Of a DNA stretch of 31,857 nucleotides, positions 1 through 8,439 are shown piece by piece. The position numbers and the translations under genes are program-made. Within the stretch, counting starts at the first letter, position 1. Every line of letters starts with the position of its first letter. Source of the stretch: a virus (taxonomy: Duplodnaviria; Caudoviricetes); the IMG/VR virus record IMGVR_UViG_3300036833_000173, positions 1 through 31,857 of that record. One strand, written 5' to 3'. A model generated the notes under the pieces. It ran no database searches. It was not told the DNA's origin and worked only from the letters and a program-made list of their open reading frames with translations.

Positions 1-161
1 TCGAGCCCGACGACTACATGCTGAAGCCCGTTGGGGAAAACCAATTGCTTGGCAGCGGACGTAACAATCTGCGCGGCAAGGGTAACGGCAAAAAGAAACC
101 GACACCGCATGTGGTGAAGGGGATCAGGCCTACCGGCCATTCGGAATGGAGGGCGAAGTAA
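1..161 (+). CDS. 3' end of a hypothetical protein (truncated by window edge)
   Basis: Frame 3 is open from the window start (EPDDYMLKPVGENQ...HSEWRAK) to TAA at 159-161, and a hairpin follows. Confidence 0.5.
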   Translation, partial: EPDDYMLKPVGENQLLGSGRNNLRGKGNGKKKPTPHVVKGIRPTGHSEWRAK

Positions 162-193
162 ATGTGCGGCGGCGCCAGCCGCCCCACATTTTT
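160..193. terminator. Probable (bidirectional) intrinsic terminator between convergent genes
   Basis: AAATGTG-C-GGCGGC-gcca-GCCGCC-C-CACATTT(TT) stem-loop with one mismatch, lying between the + ORF stop (161) and the - HNH stop (197). Confidence 0.6.
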
Positions 194-196
194 GCC

Positions 197-496
197 CTAG
201 GATGATAGCCTTAGTCGACGATTATTTGCCTGCTGTTTTCGGGTTGCCCAACGACAATTTTCGGGAGTGTAGTTGCCGTTGTTATCAACACGATCAAGCG
301 TCATGCCTGCCGGTCTTGGTCCCATGTCTTTCAGAAAATTTTCAAAGGACCACCATTGAGACCAAACAACAATGCCGCGTCCACCGTAGTATTCGAACCC
401 TGTAGCTTTAGAATTAGTGCATCGACTGAGCATGGACGCCCAGGATGTGTATGTGGGCGTACCGATCCAATGACGAGAGGGACTGTATCCAGCCAT
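197..496 (-). CDS. Phage HNH endonuclease (short, 99 aa)
   Basis: Typical phage HNH-family string: W..M..RC...YYGGRGI....[37 protein letters not shown]. Confidence 0.85.
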   Translation of the reverse strand: MAGYSPSRHWIGTPTYTSWASMLSRCTNSKATGFEYYGGRGIVVWSQWWSFENFLKDMGPRPAGMTLDRVDNNGNYTPENCRWATRKQQANNRRLRLSS

Positions 497-578
497 GGCT
501 TAAGGCCCCAAAAATATAAAAAAAATAAATTTTAAAATTTTGGCAAAAATGTGGCAAATAGAACGAAAGGAGAACAAC
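497..578. promoter_or_regulatory. AT-rich divergent promoter region for HNH and tasA/array; RBS AAGGAG at 567-572
   Basis: A/T tract (aaaaatataaaaaaaataaattttaaaatttt) in an otherwise GC-rich genome, between divergent genes. The SD sits 6 nt before the GTG at 579. Confidence 0.5.
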
Positions 579-1454
579 GTGACGGACCATACGAACAACG
601 AACATAGCCCATCGATCCGGCGGTTGAGCCGCGATCTGGTCAATGCGGCCATGACCATGTCCGCCGAGGAGGCCAGGTATCTGGTCGATAACTATTACGT
701 CCTGCAGGAGGGCCGGAAGCGGGCCGACAACCAGGCCCGCAGCATGGGCAAGGAAGAGCCCCATGTTCTGATCAGCTGGCTGGCCGAGCAGTCCGATACC
801 TTGGAAGGCCAGATCAAGCGGGCGCTAGACCGCTACACCGATACCCTAGCGCCGGGGCGGTGGATGAAATCCCTCTATGGGGTTGGTCCGGTGATCTCGG
901 CCGGGCTGTGCGCGCATATCGACATCGAGCGGGCGCCGAGCGTCGGCCATATCTATTCCTTCGCCGGCATTGCCGGATCGGGCCAGAAGCCCTGGAAGAA
1001 GGGCGAGATCAGGCCGTTCAACGCCGAGCTGCGGACCTTGTGCTGGAAGATCGGCCAGAGCTTCATGAAGTTTAGCGGCCAGGAGGAATGCCTCTATGGC
1101 GGTCTGTATCGGGAGCGCAAGATCTTCGAGATCGCCAACAACGAGAGTGGTGCACTGGCCGATCAGGCCAAGGCGATCCTGGAGGCCAAGAACTTCCGCA
1201 AGACCACCGACGCCTACAAGGCCTATTCCGCCGGCAAGCTACCGCCTGCGCATGTCGATGCCAGGGCGCGGCGTTTTGCGGTCAAGCTGTTTCTGGCGCA
1301 TCTGCACACGGTGATGTACTTCGACCACTACGGGGTATTGCCGGCGCATCCCTATCCGATCTCCCATCTCGGCCATGTGCATCATCTGCCGGTGCCCAAT
1401 GCGAATGTGGTCGCTGGCTTGGAGGAGGCCTTGCGCAAGCATGGCATGATGTAA
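579..1454 (+). CDS. tasA: TasA-like Nop-domain RNA-binding protein (IS110 C-terminal/Nop fold, no RuvC or HNH), 291 aa
   Basis: N-terminal coiled-coil (YYVLQEGRKRADNQ), IS110/Nop-like GVGPVISAGL and SVGHIYSFAGI, then FNAELRTLCWKIGQSF, HVDARARRFAVKLFLAHL and PYPISHLGH. There is no N-terminal DEDD/RuvC domain. Its stop codon overlaps the first unit of a dual-repeat array. Start placed at GTG 579 using the SD. Confidence 0.85.
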   Translation: MTDHTNNEHSPSIRRLSRDLVNAAMTMSAEEARYLVDNYYVLQEGRKRADNQARSMGKEEPHVLISWLAEQSDTLEGQIKRALDRYTDTLAPGRWMKSLYGVGPVISAGLCAHIDIERAPSVGHIYSFAGIAGSGQKPWKKGEIRPFNAELRTLCWKIGQSFMKFSGQEECLYGGLYRERKIFEIANNESGALADQAKAILEAKNFRKTTDAYKAYSAGKLPPAHVDARARRFAVKLFLAHLHTVMYFDHYGVLPAHPYPISHLGHVHHLPVPNANVVAGLEEALRKHGMM

Positions 1455-2937
1455 GCCATTAAGTCCGAGACAGCCCAATGAAGAAGAGCGAGCCATGTCC
1501 ATCGAGAAAACCCAGGCACAGTGAGCGAGCCACTCCACGGGAGACGATCCACTCCATTGAAGCGAGCCATCATGCATGAGAAGCCCCACACCATAGGAGC
1601 GAGCCATTCATAAGGAGACGACCCATTGACCAGGAGCGAGCCAGATGCAGTGAGAAACTCCATCTGTATCGAGCGAGCCACCGAGCAGGAGAAACCCCAG
1701 GTCCCTTGAGCTAGAGTGAGCCAACCACCCGGAGAAATACCAACAAGGGAAAGCGAGCCAGCATTCGTGTGAAACCCCATGGATCGCGAGCGGGCCATGA
1801 ACAGGTGAGATAGCCCAAATGTCCGGAGCGAGCCACGGTCGCTGAGATGCCCCAAAAAAGATGAGCGAGCCAAGTAACTGGATGATCCAACACCGGTGAG
1901 CAAGCCAGTATTCATGTGAAACCCCATAGAGCGCGAGCGAGCCAATCTCCGCGAGAAGACCAGCACCATAGAGCGAGCCACTAACGGCGCGAAAGCCCAT
2001 TCCCACTGAGCGAGCCATCAGCTGCGCGATAACCCTAACCCACTGAGCGAGCCAATGCTGTCGAGACAACCCAACAAGCCGGAGTGAGCCACCGATAGCG
2101 AGATGACCCAAGGAGCGTGAGCGAGCCAAGAAAGTCGCGACAACCCAAGCCTATTAAGCGAGCCATTCATCGCGTGATAACCCCAGGCATTGAGAGCGAG
2201 CCATTATCAGTGTGAAATCCCAAGCACCATGAGCGAGCCAGTGCCTAAGAGAAATACCATCTGCATCGAGCGAGCCAAGTGAACAGAAACGATCACGTCG
2301 CGAGAGCGAGCCATGAGCACAGAGATAGCCAACGCTAAAGAGCGAGCCAAGGATTATGAGAATTCCCACACTCATGGAGCGAGCCAACAGTGCAGCGATA
2401 GCCCAAGTGCAAAGAGCGAGCCAAGGATTATGAGAAGACCCAGTAGATGGGAGCGAGCCACAAATTCGGTGAAACACCAGCTTGTCGGAGCGAGCCAAGA
2501 CGCTTCGAGATAATCCAAGGCGTGCGAGCGGGCCACAAATCCGGAGAAGTACCAGCTTGTTGGAGCGAGCCACTCGTCACGCGAAGCCCCATGAACATCG
2601 AGCGAGCCCAGAGCGGTGAGACGGCCCATTAAACTAGAGCGAGCCACCGAGAGGGAGATCGCCCATCAAAAGAGAGCGAGCCAAAAAGGGTGAGACGAAC
2701 CAGATCTATGGAGCGAGCCATTCATCTTGAGATAGCCCAAGCTGGAAGAGCGAGCCATACTGACCGAGAAAACCCACACGAGGAGAGCGAGCCATTCGCT
2801 TAGTGACAGACCATGTGACTGGAGCGAGCCAAGTTGAATGCGACATCCCAAAACAGATGAGCGAGCCAGCGAGCAGGAAAAAGCCCAAAGACAACGAGCG
2901 AGCCATCAAAGAAGAGAAAGCCCATGCCTGAGGAGCA
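1454..2937 (+). repeat. TIGR-like tandem interspaced guide-RNA array, 40 units of ~37 nt, each with two 8-nt variable spacers
   Basis: Parsed by hand as AGCCA + spacer A (8) + loop repeat G(A/T/C)GAnnnNCCA (11) + spacer B (8) + GAGCG. Unit 1: agcca ttaagtcc gagacagccca atgaagaa gagcg. Unit 40 starts at 2901. 32 units are exactly 37 nt; the others are 35-43 nt. Confidence 0.92.
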
Positions 2938-3028
2938 CAAAAAGAAGCCGCCGCCAAAAAGACCTTGGGGGGCGCTGGCAGCGGCTTGGAGTTGGAGATA
3001 CAAACCCGATCGACAAAACCCTGAGTAA
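2924..3028 (+). CDS. Possible 34-aa peptide (MPEEHKKKPPPKRPWG...) starting inside the last array unit
   Basis: ATG at 2924 overlaps the loop CCA/spacer B of unit 40; stop TAA at 3026-3028. No homology recognised. Confidence 0.3.
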   Translation: MPEEHKKKPPPKRPWGALAAAWSWRYKPDRQNPE

Positions 3029-3056
3029 GTCAATGGGGCCAATCAAGGATATAACG

Positions 3057-3248
3057 ATGACCGACAACCAGCACAAGCCTAATCAGCCCGTTAGCAGTCA
3101 AGACGCACCCGTGGTGACGCCGCCGATAGTCGAAGTCGCGGTCTACATGTCCGGCCGTTGGCATCGACGCGACGGCAACCGCTATGGTAAACCTCCGTAC
3201 TATGCCGACTATCCAACAGGGAATTTACGATCTGCTGACCAGCGTTGA
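3057..3248 (+). CDS. Hypothetical 63-aa protein
   Basis: AAGGA upstream of ATG 3057 (MTDNQHKP...); overlaps the terminase start. Confidence 0.35.
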   Translation: MTDNQHKPNQPVSSQDAPVVTPPIVEVAVYMSGRWHRRDGNRYGKPPYYADYPTGNLRSADQR

Positions 3249-4998
3249 GGTCGACACCAAGGAATTGGGCCGCTCCAGGGTCGAGCCTTGGATGAGCCAG
3301 CGCCTGGTGATCGACGCCGTCTCCAAGGGCTTGGAGGAAGGCGTCCACGAATTCGTCGTGCTGAAATGCCGGCAAGTCGCGATCACCACCGTCTGCTCGG
3401 TGATCGAATTATTTTGGGCGCTCGCCAATCCCGGCGTGCAGGGCGCGATCATCGCCGACCGAACCGACAATCTGGAGCGCTTGCGCAGGATCTTCGCGTC
3501 ATTGCTTGAAACCTTGCCGCCGGAGTGGCGCTCGCCCGAACACAAGCTGATCCAGAACAACAGAAACGGCATGGCCTTCGCCAATCGATCGGTGATCGAC
3601 CTGATGGCGGCGGCGAGCAATCCCGACCTCGGCGCCAGCCGCGCGCTCAACATGTGCCACATGACCGAGTGCGCGCAATGGAAATCGCTGGCTGGCGTCG
3701 AAAGCCTGAAAGCCAGCCTGGCCCGCCAAAACCCGCACCGGCTTTACATTTGGGAAAGTATTTCCAATGGTTTCAACTGGTTTTATGGGCATTGCCAGCA
3801 GGCGAAAATAGATCGCCACATGAAATTCATCTTCATCGGTTTTTGGGCGTGCCCAACCTATGCGATCGAAAAGGACGATCCGGATTATCCCATTTACTGG
3901 GACGGCCGGCTGAGCGACGACGAGCTGAACCGCGCCCGCTATGTCAAGCAGAACTACAACGTCATCATCAAGCCGGAGCAGATCGCATGGTGGCGGAGGG
4001 AGAGCGAATTTCGAGCGCCCGAATACATGATGAGACATTACCCCTGGAACGAGGTCGAGTGCTTCATCGCCAGCGGCAGTGGTTTCTTTCCGGCCCGGCG
4101 AACCCTGGAAATCTCCGAGACATTGTCGCCCGCGAGTCCGCCCTACAAGGGCTACAAGTACTCCTTCGACGAGCGCTTTCTGGCCTCGCGGATCGAGCCG
4201 GTGACCAACCCTGACGAGGCCATGCTCAAGGTCTGGGAGCCGCCAGAAGCCAACGGCGTCTATGTCATCGGCATCGATCCCTCAGGCGGCGGCGGCGGAG
4301 AAAGCGACGACCACGCCATCCAGGTGCTGCGATGTTATGCCGACAAAGTGGTGCAAGTCGCGGAATTCCAAAGCAACAAGCCACTGACCTACCAGCTGGC
4401 TTGGGTACTGGCCCATCTCGCCGGCTCCTATCGCGATCACATCGCCAATTTGGAGGTTACCGGCGTCGGCGCCGCGGTGCTGCCGGAAGTGCGCAACCTG
4501 CGCCAGCTGGCCGAGCGCGGCATCATTGCCGGCGAGCCCGGTTCGGAGAAGATCCTCGACTACATCGGCAATGTCCGCTGGTTTCTTTACAAAAGGCCGG
4601 ACAGTATGGGCGGGGCCGGAAACGTCATCGCGTGGAAGGCCAATATGGACAACAAGCATCAGACCTATAGCGAGCTGCGCGATAGCCTGATGCTGCGGCG
4701 CATCGAAATGCGATCGCCGAAATTGCTGGCGCAGATGCAGTCGATCATCGAGGACGATGGCTGGCTTGGGGCGGGCCCCGACACCGGGGAAAACGACGAC
4801 CTCGTCTCGGCGCTGGTGCTGGCGCATCATGCCTGGGTCGAATGGAAGCGTCCGAACCTGGTGGCGCGGCAGATGACATTCGACTCGGTCAAGGGCGATC
4901 GTCCGACGCAGAATGTGGGAACCATGCTGTCATTTGCATTTTCCCAGAAGATCGCGCAAATCAACCAAAAGTCGAGATTGCGGAAGGAGCCGTTCTGA
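3202..4998 (+). CDS. terL: Terminase large subunit
   Basis: Walker A-like VVLKCRQVAITT, Walker B-like CHMTE, coupling motif ESISNG, RNase H nuclease motifs YVIGIDPSGG...SDD...DDLVSAL. Start is 3202 or 3184. Confidence 0.93.
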   Translation: MPTIQQGIYDLLTSVEVDTKELGRSRVEPWMSQRLVIDAVSKGLEEGVHEFVVLKCRQVAITTVCSVIELFWALANPGVQGAIIADRTDNLERLRRIFASLLETLPPEWRSPEHKLIQNNRNGMAFANRSVIDLMAAASNPDLGASRALNMCHMTECAQWKSLAGVESLKASLARQNPHRLYIWESISNGFNWFYGHCQQAKIDRHMKFIFIGFWACPTYAIEKDDPDYPIYWDGRLSDDELNRARYVKQNYNVIIKPEQIAWWRRESEFRAPEYMMRHYPWNEVECFIASGSGFFPARRTLEISETLSPASPPYKGYKYSFDERFLASRIEPVTNPDEAMLKVWEPPEANGVYVIGIDPSGGGGGESDDHAIQVLRCYADKVVQVAEFQSNKPLTYQLAWVLAHLAGSYRDHIANLEVTGVGAAVLPEVRNLRQLAERGIIAGEPGSEKILDYIGNVRWFLYKRPDSMGGAGNVIAWKANMDNKHQTYSELRDSLMLRRIEMRSPKLLAQMQSIIEDDGWLGAGPDTGENDDLVSALVLAHHAWVEWKRPNLVARQMTFDSVKGDRPTQNVGTMLSFAFSQKIAQINQKSRLRKEPF

Positions 4999-5195
4999 TG
5001 GCTTTCGAATCAATCCCGGTGGCATCGACCGCGATCGCCAGCTTGCAGTACAATACCGATACCGGAGAGGTTGCGATCTCATTCGCGCGCGGCGGCTCCT
5101 ATGTATTCGCGATGCCCGAGATCGAGGTTCACAGGATGGCGGATGCCCAGAGCCCGGGAGGCTACTGGAATGCCAATGTGAAAGGAAAATACTGA
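4998..5195 (+). CDS. KTSC-domain protein (65 aa)
   Basis: V.STAIASLQYN....EVAISF.RGGSY....MADAQSPGGYWNANVKGKY fits the KTSC consensus. TGATG coupling with terL. Confidence 0.8.
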   Translation: MAFESIPVASTAIASLQYNTDTGEVAISFARGGSYVFAMPEIEVHRMADAQSPGGYWNANVKGKY

Positions 5196-5647
5196 TGCCG
5201 ATCCAGCGGTCCTACATGTGCCGCGAATGCGGCCACCATCTCAGCGTAACCCTGACGTCCGAGGAGTGGGACGCGCCCGCTCCCGAATGCCCTAAATGCG
5301 CCAATGCGCTGGCCCAGGAATTCAAGCCGGTGGCGATCGGCGGATCGGCCCGCAGCAAGGCGGAGAAGATCACCGAAGACATCCTGGCCAAGGATTTCAA
5401 CGTCGCGGACATCCAGCGCAACACCAAGCCGGGATCGCGGCCCGAGGTGCGCTACAACAGCCCATCGCCCAGCACCAATTCCACCTGGGGGATCGCCCAG
5501 GATGCCCTGCGGAGCGCGATGGCCGCCGGCCGCCAGACCCGCATCCAGCACGGAAACGGCCTCGATGTGCTACAACAGAACCTGAAATCCGGCGCCGAGC
5601 CCGATCTAATCGAGCTATCCAAACGACGAGCCATGCGGATCTACTAA
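5195..5647 (+). CDS. Zn-ribbon (FmdB-like) protein, 150 aa
   Basis: MP...YMCRECGH...ECPKC motif; TGATG coupling. Confidence 0.75.
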   Translation: MPIQRSYMCRECGHHLSVTLTSEEWDAPAPECPKCANALAQEFKPVAIGGSARSKAEKITEDILAKDFNVADIQRNTKPGSRPEVRYNSPSPSTNSTWGIAQDALRSAMAAGRQTRIQHGNGLDVLQQNLKSGAEPDLIELSKRRAMRIY

Positions 5648-7363
5648 ATGCTGCGCATCCCGAAACGGCCAAGCGATCTGCAGGAATGGGTCAAGGAAGT
5701 CGTCGACGAATGCATGGCCAGCGCCCAGGAGCGCGGGCTGACCTACACCAGGGCCGCGCAATATTACTACAGCGGCACCTATTCCCAGAATGCGGCGATC
5801 TACAACAAGACCAAGCCCTTCATCGAGAAGCTCAGCGGCTTCCTGATGCAGCCCACCGATATCCGCTTCGCCATCGTGTTCGACACCTCGGAGTCGGACA
5901 GCGTGCTGGAGCGGGCGATGCTGGTTTCGGACAAGCTGACCGCTGACTACCGCAATACCGACAGCGACGTGACTTTTTCCGAAGCTTTGACCTGGTCGCT
6001 GATTTCGGGCTGCTATTTCCTCAAGCACACGCCACACGGAGAAACCTTCAAGGTCGCGCCCGTCCATCCGCAGAATTTCGGTGTGCTGTCGGAAACCATC
6101 CTGCAGCTCGACGAGCAGGAAGCCTTCGTGCATCTCACCTATCCGACGATGTCGCGGCTGCGCGATATCCTGAAGGATCACCCGCGCAAAAACGACATCC
6201 TGGCGCGCATCGCCGAGGCGCGGCCGACCGAGCAGGACGAGGATCATTCGAGTTATTTCCACCAGATGGTGGTGGGCGGTTTGCAGCCGATCTCATCCGC
6301 CAACGATGCGCCCGGCAGCGCGGCCGGAATCGTCAACGTCTTCCCGGTTCCTGCGCCCTGGCGTCCGACAAAACACATTGCGCCGACCGTCCAGCACTGC
6401 GAATTGTGGATCAAGGATGCCGATCGCGACGGCGACTACACCACCATTCAGCTGATCTATCCGGACATCATCATCGAGGGCGACGACACCAGGCGCAATC
6501 TGTCGCGCATTCCCGGCCGGCATCCGTTCATCAAGATCCAGACCTTGCCGACCCCTGGCTATTTCTGGGGAAGGCCGATCATCGCCGACATCCAGATGCT
6601 GCAGGACGTTCTGAACAAGCGCATGCGCGACATCAAGGTGATGTGGGACCGCAACGTCAACAGCCCGCAAGTGTTCTCCGGATTTACCAGCATCACCGAG
6701 GAGCAGTACCTCAAGATCATCACCGAAGGCGGCTTCATCAACGACCCGAATCCGAATGCCAAGACACAAAAGCTGCTCGATCCGCCGCCGCCGAACTATC
6801 TGGATGAATTGCAATTCCTTTTTGGATTGTTCGACGAGGCCAGCGGATTCACCCCTGTCATGTCTGGCCAAGGCGAACCGGGAGTGCGGGCCGGCGTTCA
6901 CGCGCAGACGCTGGTCCGCACGTCGAGCCCGCGCCTGATCGACCAGGCGACGCGGATCGAGCGCCAGCTTGCCGAGTCGGGTTATCTCGCCTTGCGGATC
7001 ATGCAGGCGATGGATGCCGCGATCTACACCACCACCGACAACAAGATTGAATTCCTGCTGCACGACATTCCCGAGGATTTCCTGGTCCAGGTCGATAGCC
7101 ACAGCGCCAGCCCGGCATTCGCCGAGGACAACCGCCAGGTCGCGATCGCCCTGGCGCGGGCCGGCGCCATCGACGCGGAAGATCTCATCCACATGCTCCA
7201 CCCGCCCGGCGCCGAGCTGCTATTGGCGCGCCTGAAGCAGCGCCAGAAGGCCCAGGCCGCTACGGCGCAGGAGGAGAAAAAGGAGCAAATGCTCCGCGAT
7301 GTCCTCCATCTGCCGGAGCACGGCAAGGGTCAAAGCGGGGGTGGGGGTGGACGGAAGCGCTAG
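5648..7363 (+). CDS. Portal protein (podovirus-type)
   Basis: 571 aa; position after terL; PFIKI...PGYFWGRPIIADIQMLQDVLNKRM segment typical of podoviral portals. Confidence 0.85.
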   Translation: MLRIPKRPSDLQEWVKEVVDECMASAQERGLTYTRAAQYYYSGTYSQNAAIYNKTKPFIEKLSGFLMQPTDIRFAIVFDTSESDSVLERAMLVSDKLTADYRNTDSDVTFSEALTWSLISGCYFLKHTPHGETFKVAPVHPQNFGVLSETILQLDEQEAFVHLTYPTMSRLRDILKDHPRKNDILARIAEARPTEQDEDHSSYFHQMVVGGLQPISSANDAPGSAAGIVNVFPVPAPWRPTKHIAPTVQHCELWIKDADRDGDYTTIQLIYPDIIIEGDDTRRNLSRIPGRHPFIKIQTLPTPGYFWGRPIIADIQMLQDVLNKRMRDIKVMWDRNVNSPQVFSGFTSITEEQYLKIITEGGFINDPNPNAKTQKLLDPPPPNYLDELQFLFGLFDEASGFTPVMSGQGEPGVRAGVHAQTLVRTSSPRLIDQATRIERQLAESGYLALRIMQAMDAAIYTTTDNKIEFLLHDIPEDFLVQVDSHSASPAFAEDNRQVAIALARAGAIDAEDLIHMLHPPGAELLLARLKQRQKAQAATAQEEKKEQMLRDVLHLPEHGKGQSGGGGGRKR

Positions 7364-7402
7364 TAGCGGTATAAGTTGCACCTCCTCAAGAGGTCCTTTG
7401 CC

Positions 7403-7921
7403 ATGGCAGATGGCGATGCCGATCTAGTCGGCCAGGGCGCTGATGCAACGGCTGGTGGTCCGCCCTCCGGCCCGCCGTCCGGCCCGCCAGGTGGCGGCGG
7501 TGCTCCGCCCGGAGGCGGTGGTCCGATCCTCGCTGCGATCGCCAACCGCCAGCGCGGGCCGCAGGTTTCGGCACCGGGCGCAGGCGACACCGCATCGAGC
7601 ATGAGCATGATGATGCAGGCTGTCGGCCTGCTGCAGCAAGCCTTGCCGGGATTGCCGCCCGGAAGCCCGATGCACAAGGATGCGCTGAAGGCGATCCAGA
7701 GCTTAGCGCGCCATGCCAACCAGGGCGCTCCCGCGGCCGGCCAGCAGCAAACGCAACTTCAGGATCTTCTTCGAAATGTCGTCAAGAACGCGCTGCTGCA
7801 GCGCATCATGAGCCAGCAGGGCAACCAGGGCCCGCAACCGGGGCCTGGCGGCGGCTCCAACCCGATGCAGGCCGCATCTGCCGCGCCGCCAATGCCGTCG
7901 GCGGCTTTACCAGGGACATGA
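7403..7921 (+). CDS. Gly/Pro/Gln-rich hypothetical head-module protein
   Basis: Open frame with low-complexity termini, located between portal and scaffold. Confidence 0.7.
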   Translation: MADGDADLVGQGADATAGGPPSGPPSGPPGGGGAPPGGGGPILAAIANRQRGPQVSAPGAGDTASSMSMMMQAVGLLQQALPGLPPGSPMHKDALKAIQSLARHANQGAPAAGQQQTQLQDLLRNVVKNALLQRIMSQQGNQGPQPGPGGGSNPMQAASAAPPMPSAALPGT

Positions 7922-8232
7922 TCAGCATGGAACTTAAGAAAACCTTGGTTGTCCTTGCTGTTCTCGGCGTCACGACAGCCTATGGCCAAACCCCGCCGCT
8001 CAAAACCAGCGACGTTGCAATCGACGGTGCCGGCATATGCTGGATCAGGGGACCGGCCAACAAGCTGACGCAAGTCGCGCCTAAGCTCGGCACGCCTGTC
8101 GCCATTACATCGGCAACCCAGATCTTACCCGCAGGAGTCTGGCTCATTGCTTCCGGCGGGACCGCCACCGTCATCACATCCGACGGGACGGCTGTTACCG
8201 GCGTTGCAACCGGCAACGCCTATCCAGTGTAA
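7918..8232 (+). CDS. Hypothetical protein with signal-peptide-like N-terminus
   Basis: MELKKTLVVLAVLGVTTAYG followed by a beta-rich body; ATGA overlap with the upstream gene (alternative start 7927). Confidence 0.6.
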   Translation: MISMELKKTLVVLAVLGVTTAYGQTPPLKTSDVAIDGAGICWIRGPANKLTQVAPKLGTPVAITSATQILPAGVWLIASGGTATVITSDGTAVTGVATGNAYPV

Positions 8233-8243
8233 AGGAATATCTC

Positions 8244-8429
8244 ATGGCTATGAACCGCAGCTTCGATCCGCCCATCACCGCACCGCCCGAGACGCCGCCG
8301 CGCACGGTGCTTCAGATCGACACCCAGAGCGAGGTGAGTGAATGGGGTGCCCTACCCAAGATTGTGCCGAAACCGGAAGGTGGAGTTCCGTTGCAGCCGA
8401 ATATTATAGGGAAATCCAATAACAACTGA
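8244..8429 (+). CDS. Hypothetical 61-aa protein
   Basis: SD AAGGA upstream; fits the operon packing. Confidence 0.65.
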   Translation: MAMNRSFDPPITAPPETPPRTVLQIDTQSEVSEWGALPKIVPKPEGGVPLQPNIIGKSNNN

Positions 8430-8439
8430 GGGATGTGTC

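Noticed and set aside
579-1454. Active IS110 transposase / insertion sequence
   Set aside because: It lacks the N-terminal DEDD RuvC-like domain and is too short. The adjacent dual-repeat array fits a Tas protein better.
1756-2567. Differences between variant guides (units 9/13 and 28/30) fall mostly in 3-nt phase if the target is rc(B)+A or A+2nt+rc(B)
   Set aside because: Only six positions, several geometries were tried, and it conflicts with the zero-gap A+rc(B) geometry suggested at 25160-25207. Not supportable without real targets.
1454-2937. CRISPR array
   Set aside because: The repeats are only 10-11 nt and of two alternating types, with 8-nt spacers, and there are no cas genes.
1239-3042. 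ORFs overlapping the array (MARS... repeats on the - strand, short + ORFs)
   Set aside because: These are translations of the 37-nt repeat. The period is not a multiple of 3 and indels shift frames freely.
3881-3897. Near-match of unit 27 (aggattat + ccatctac) to the phage's own terL (cggattat-c-ccatttac)
   Set aside because: It needs a 1-nt gap and two mismatches. With ~45 guides, both strands and several gap options, about one such hit is expected by chance. No perfect self-target was found by eye, but the search was not exhaustive.
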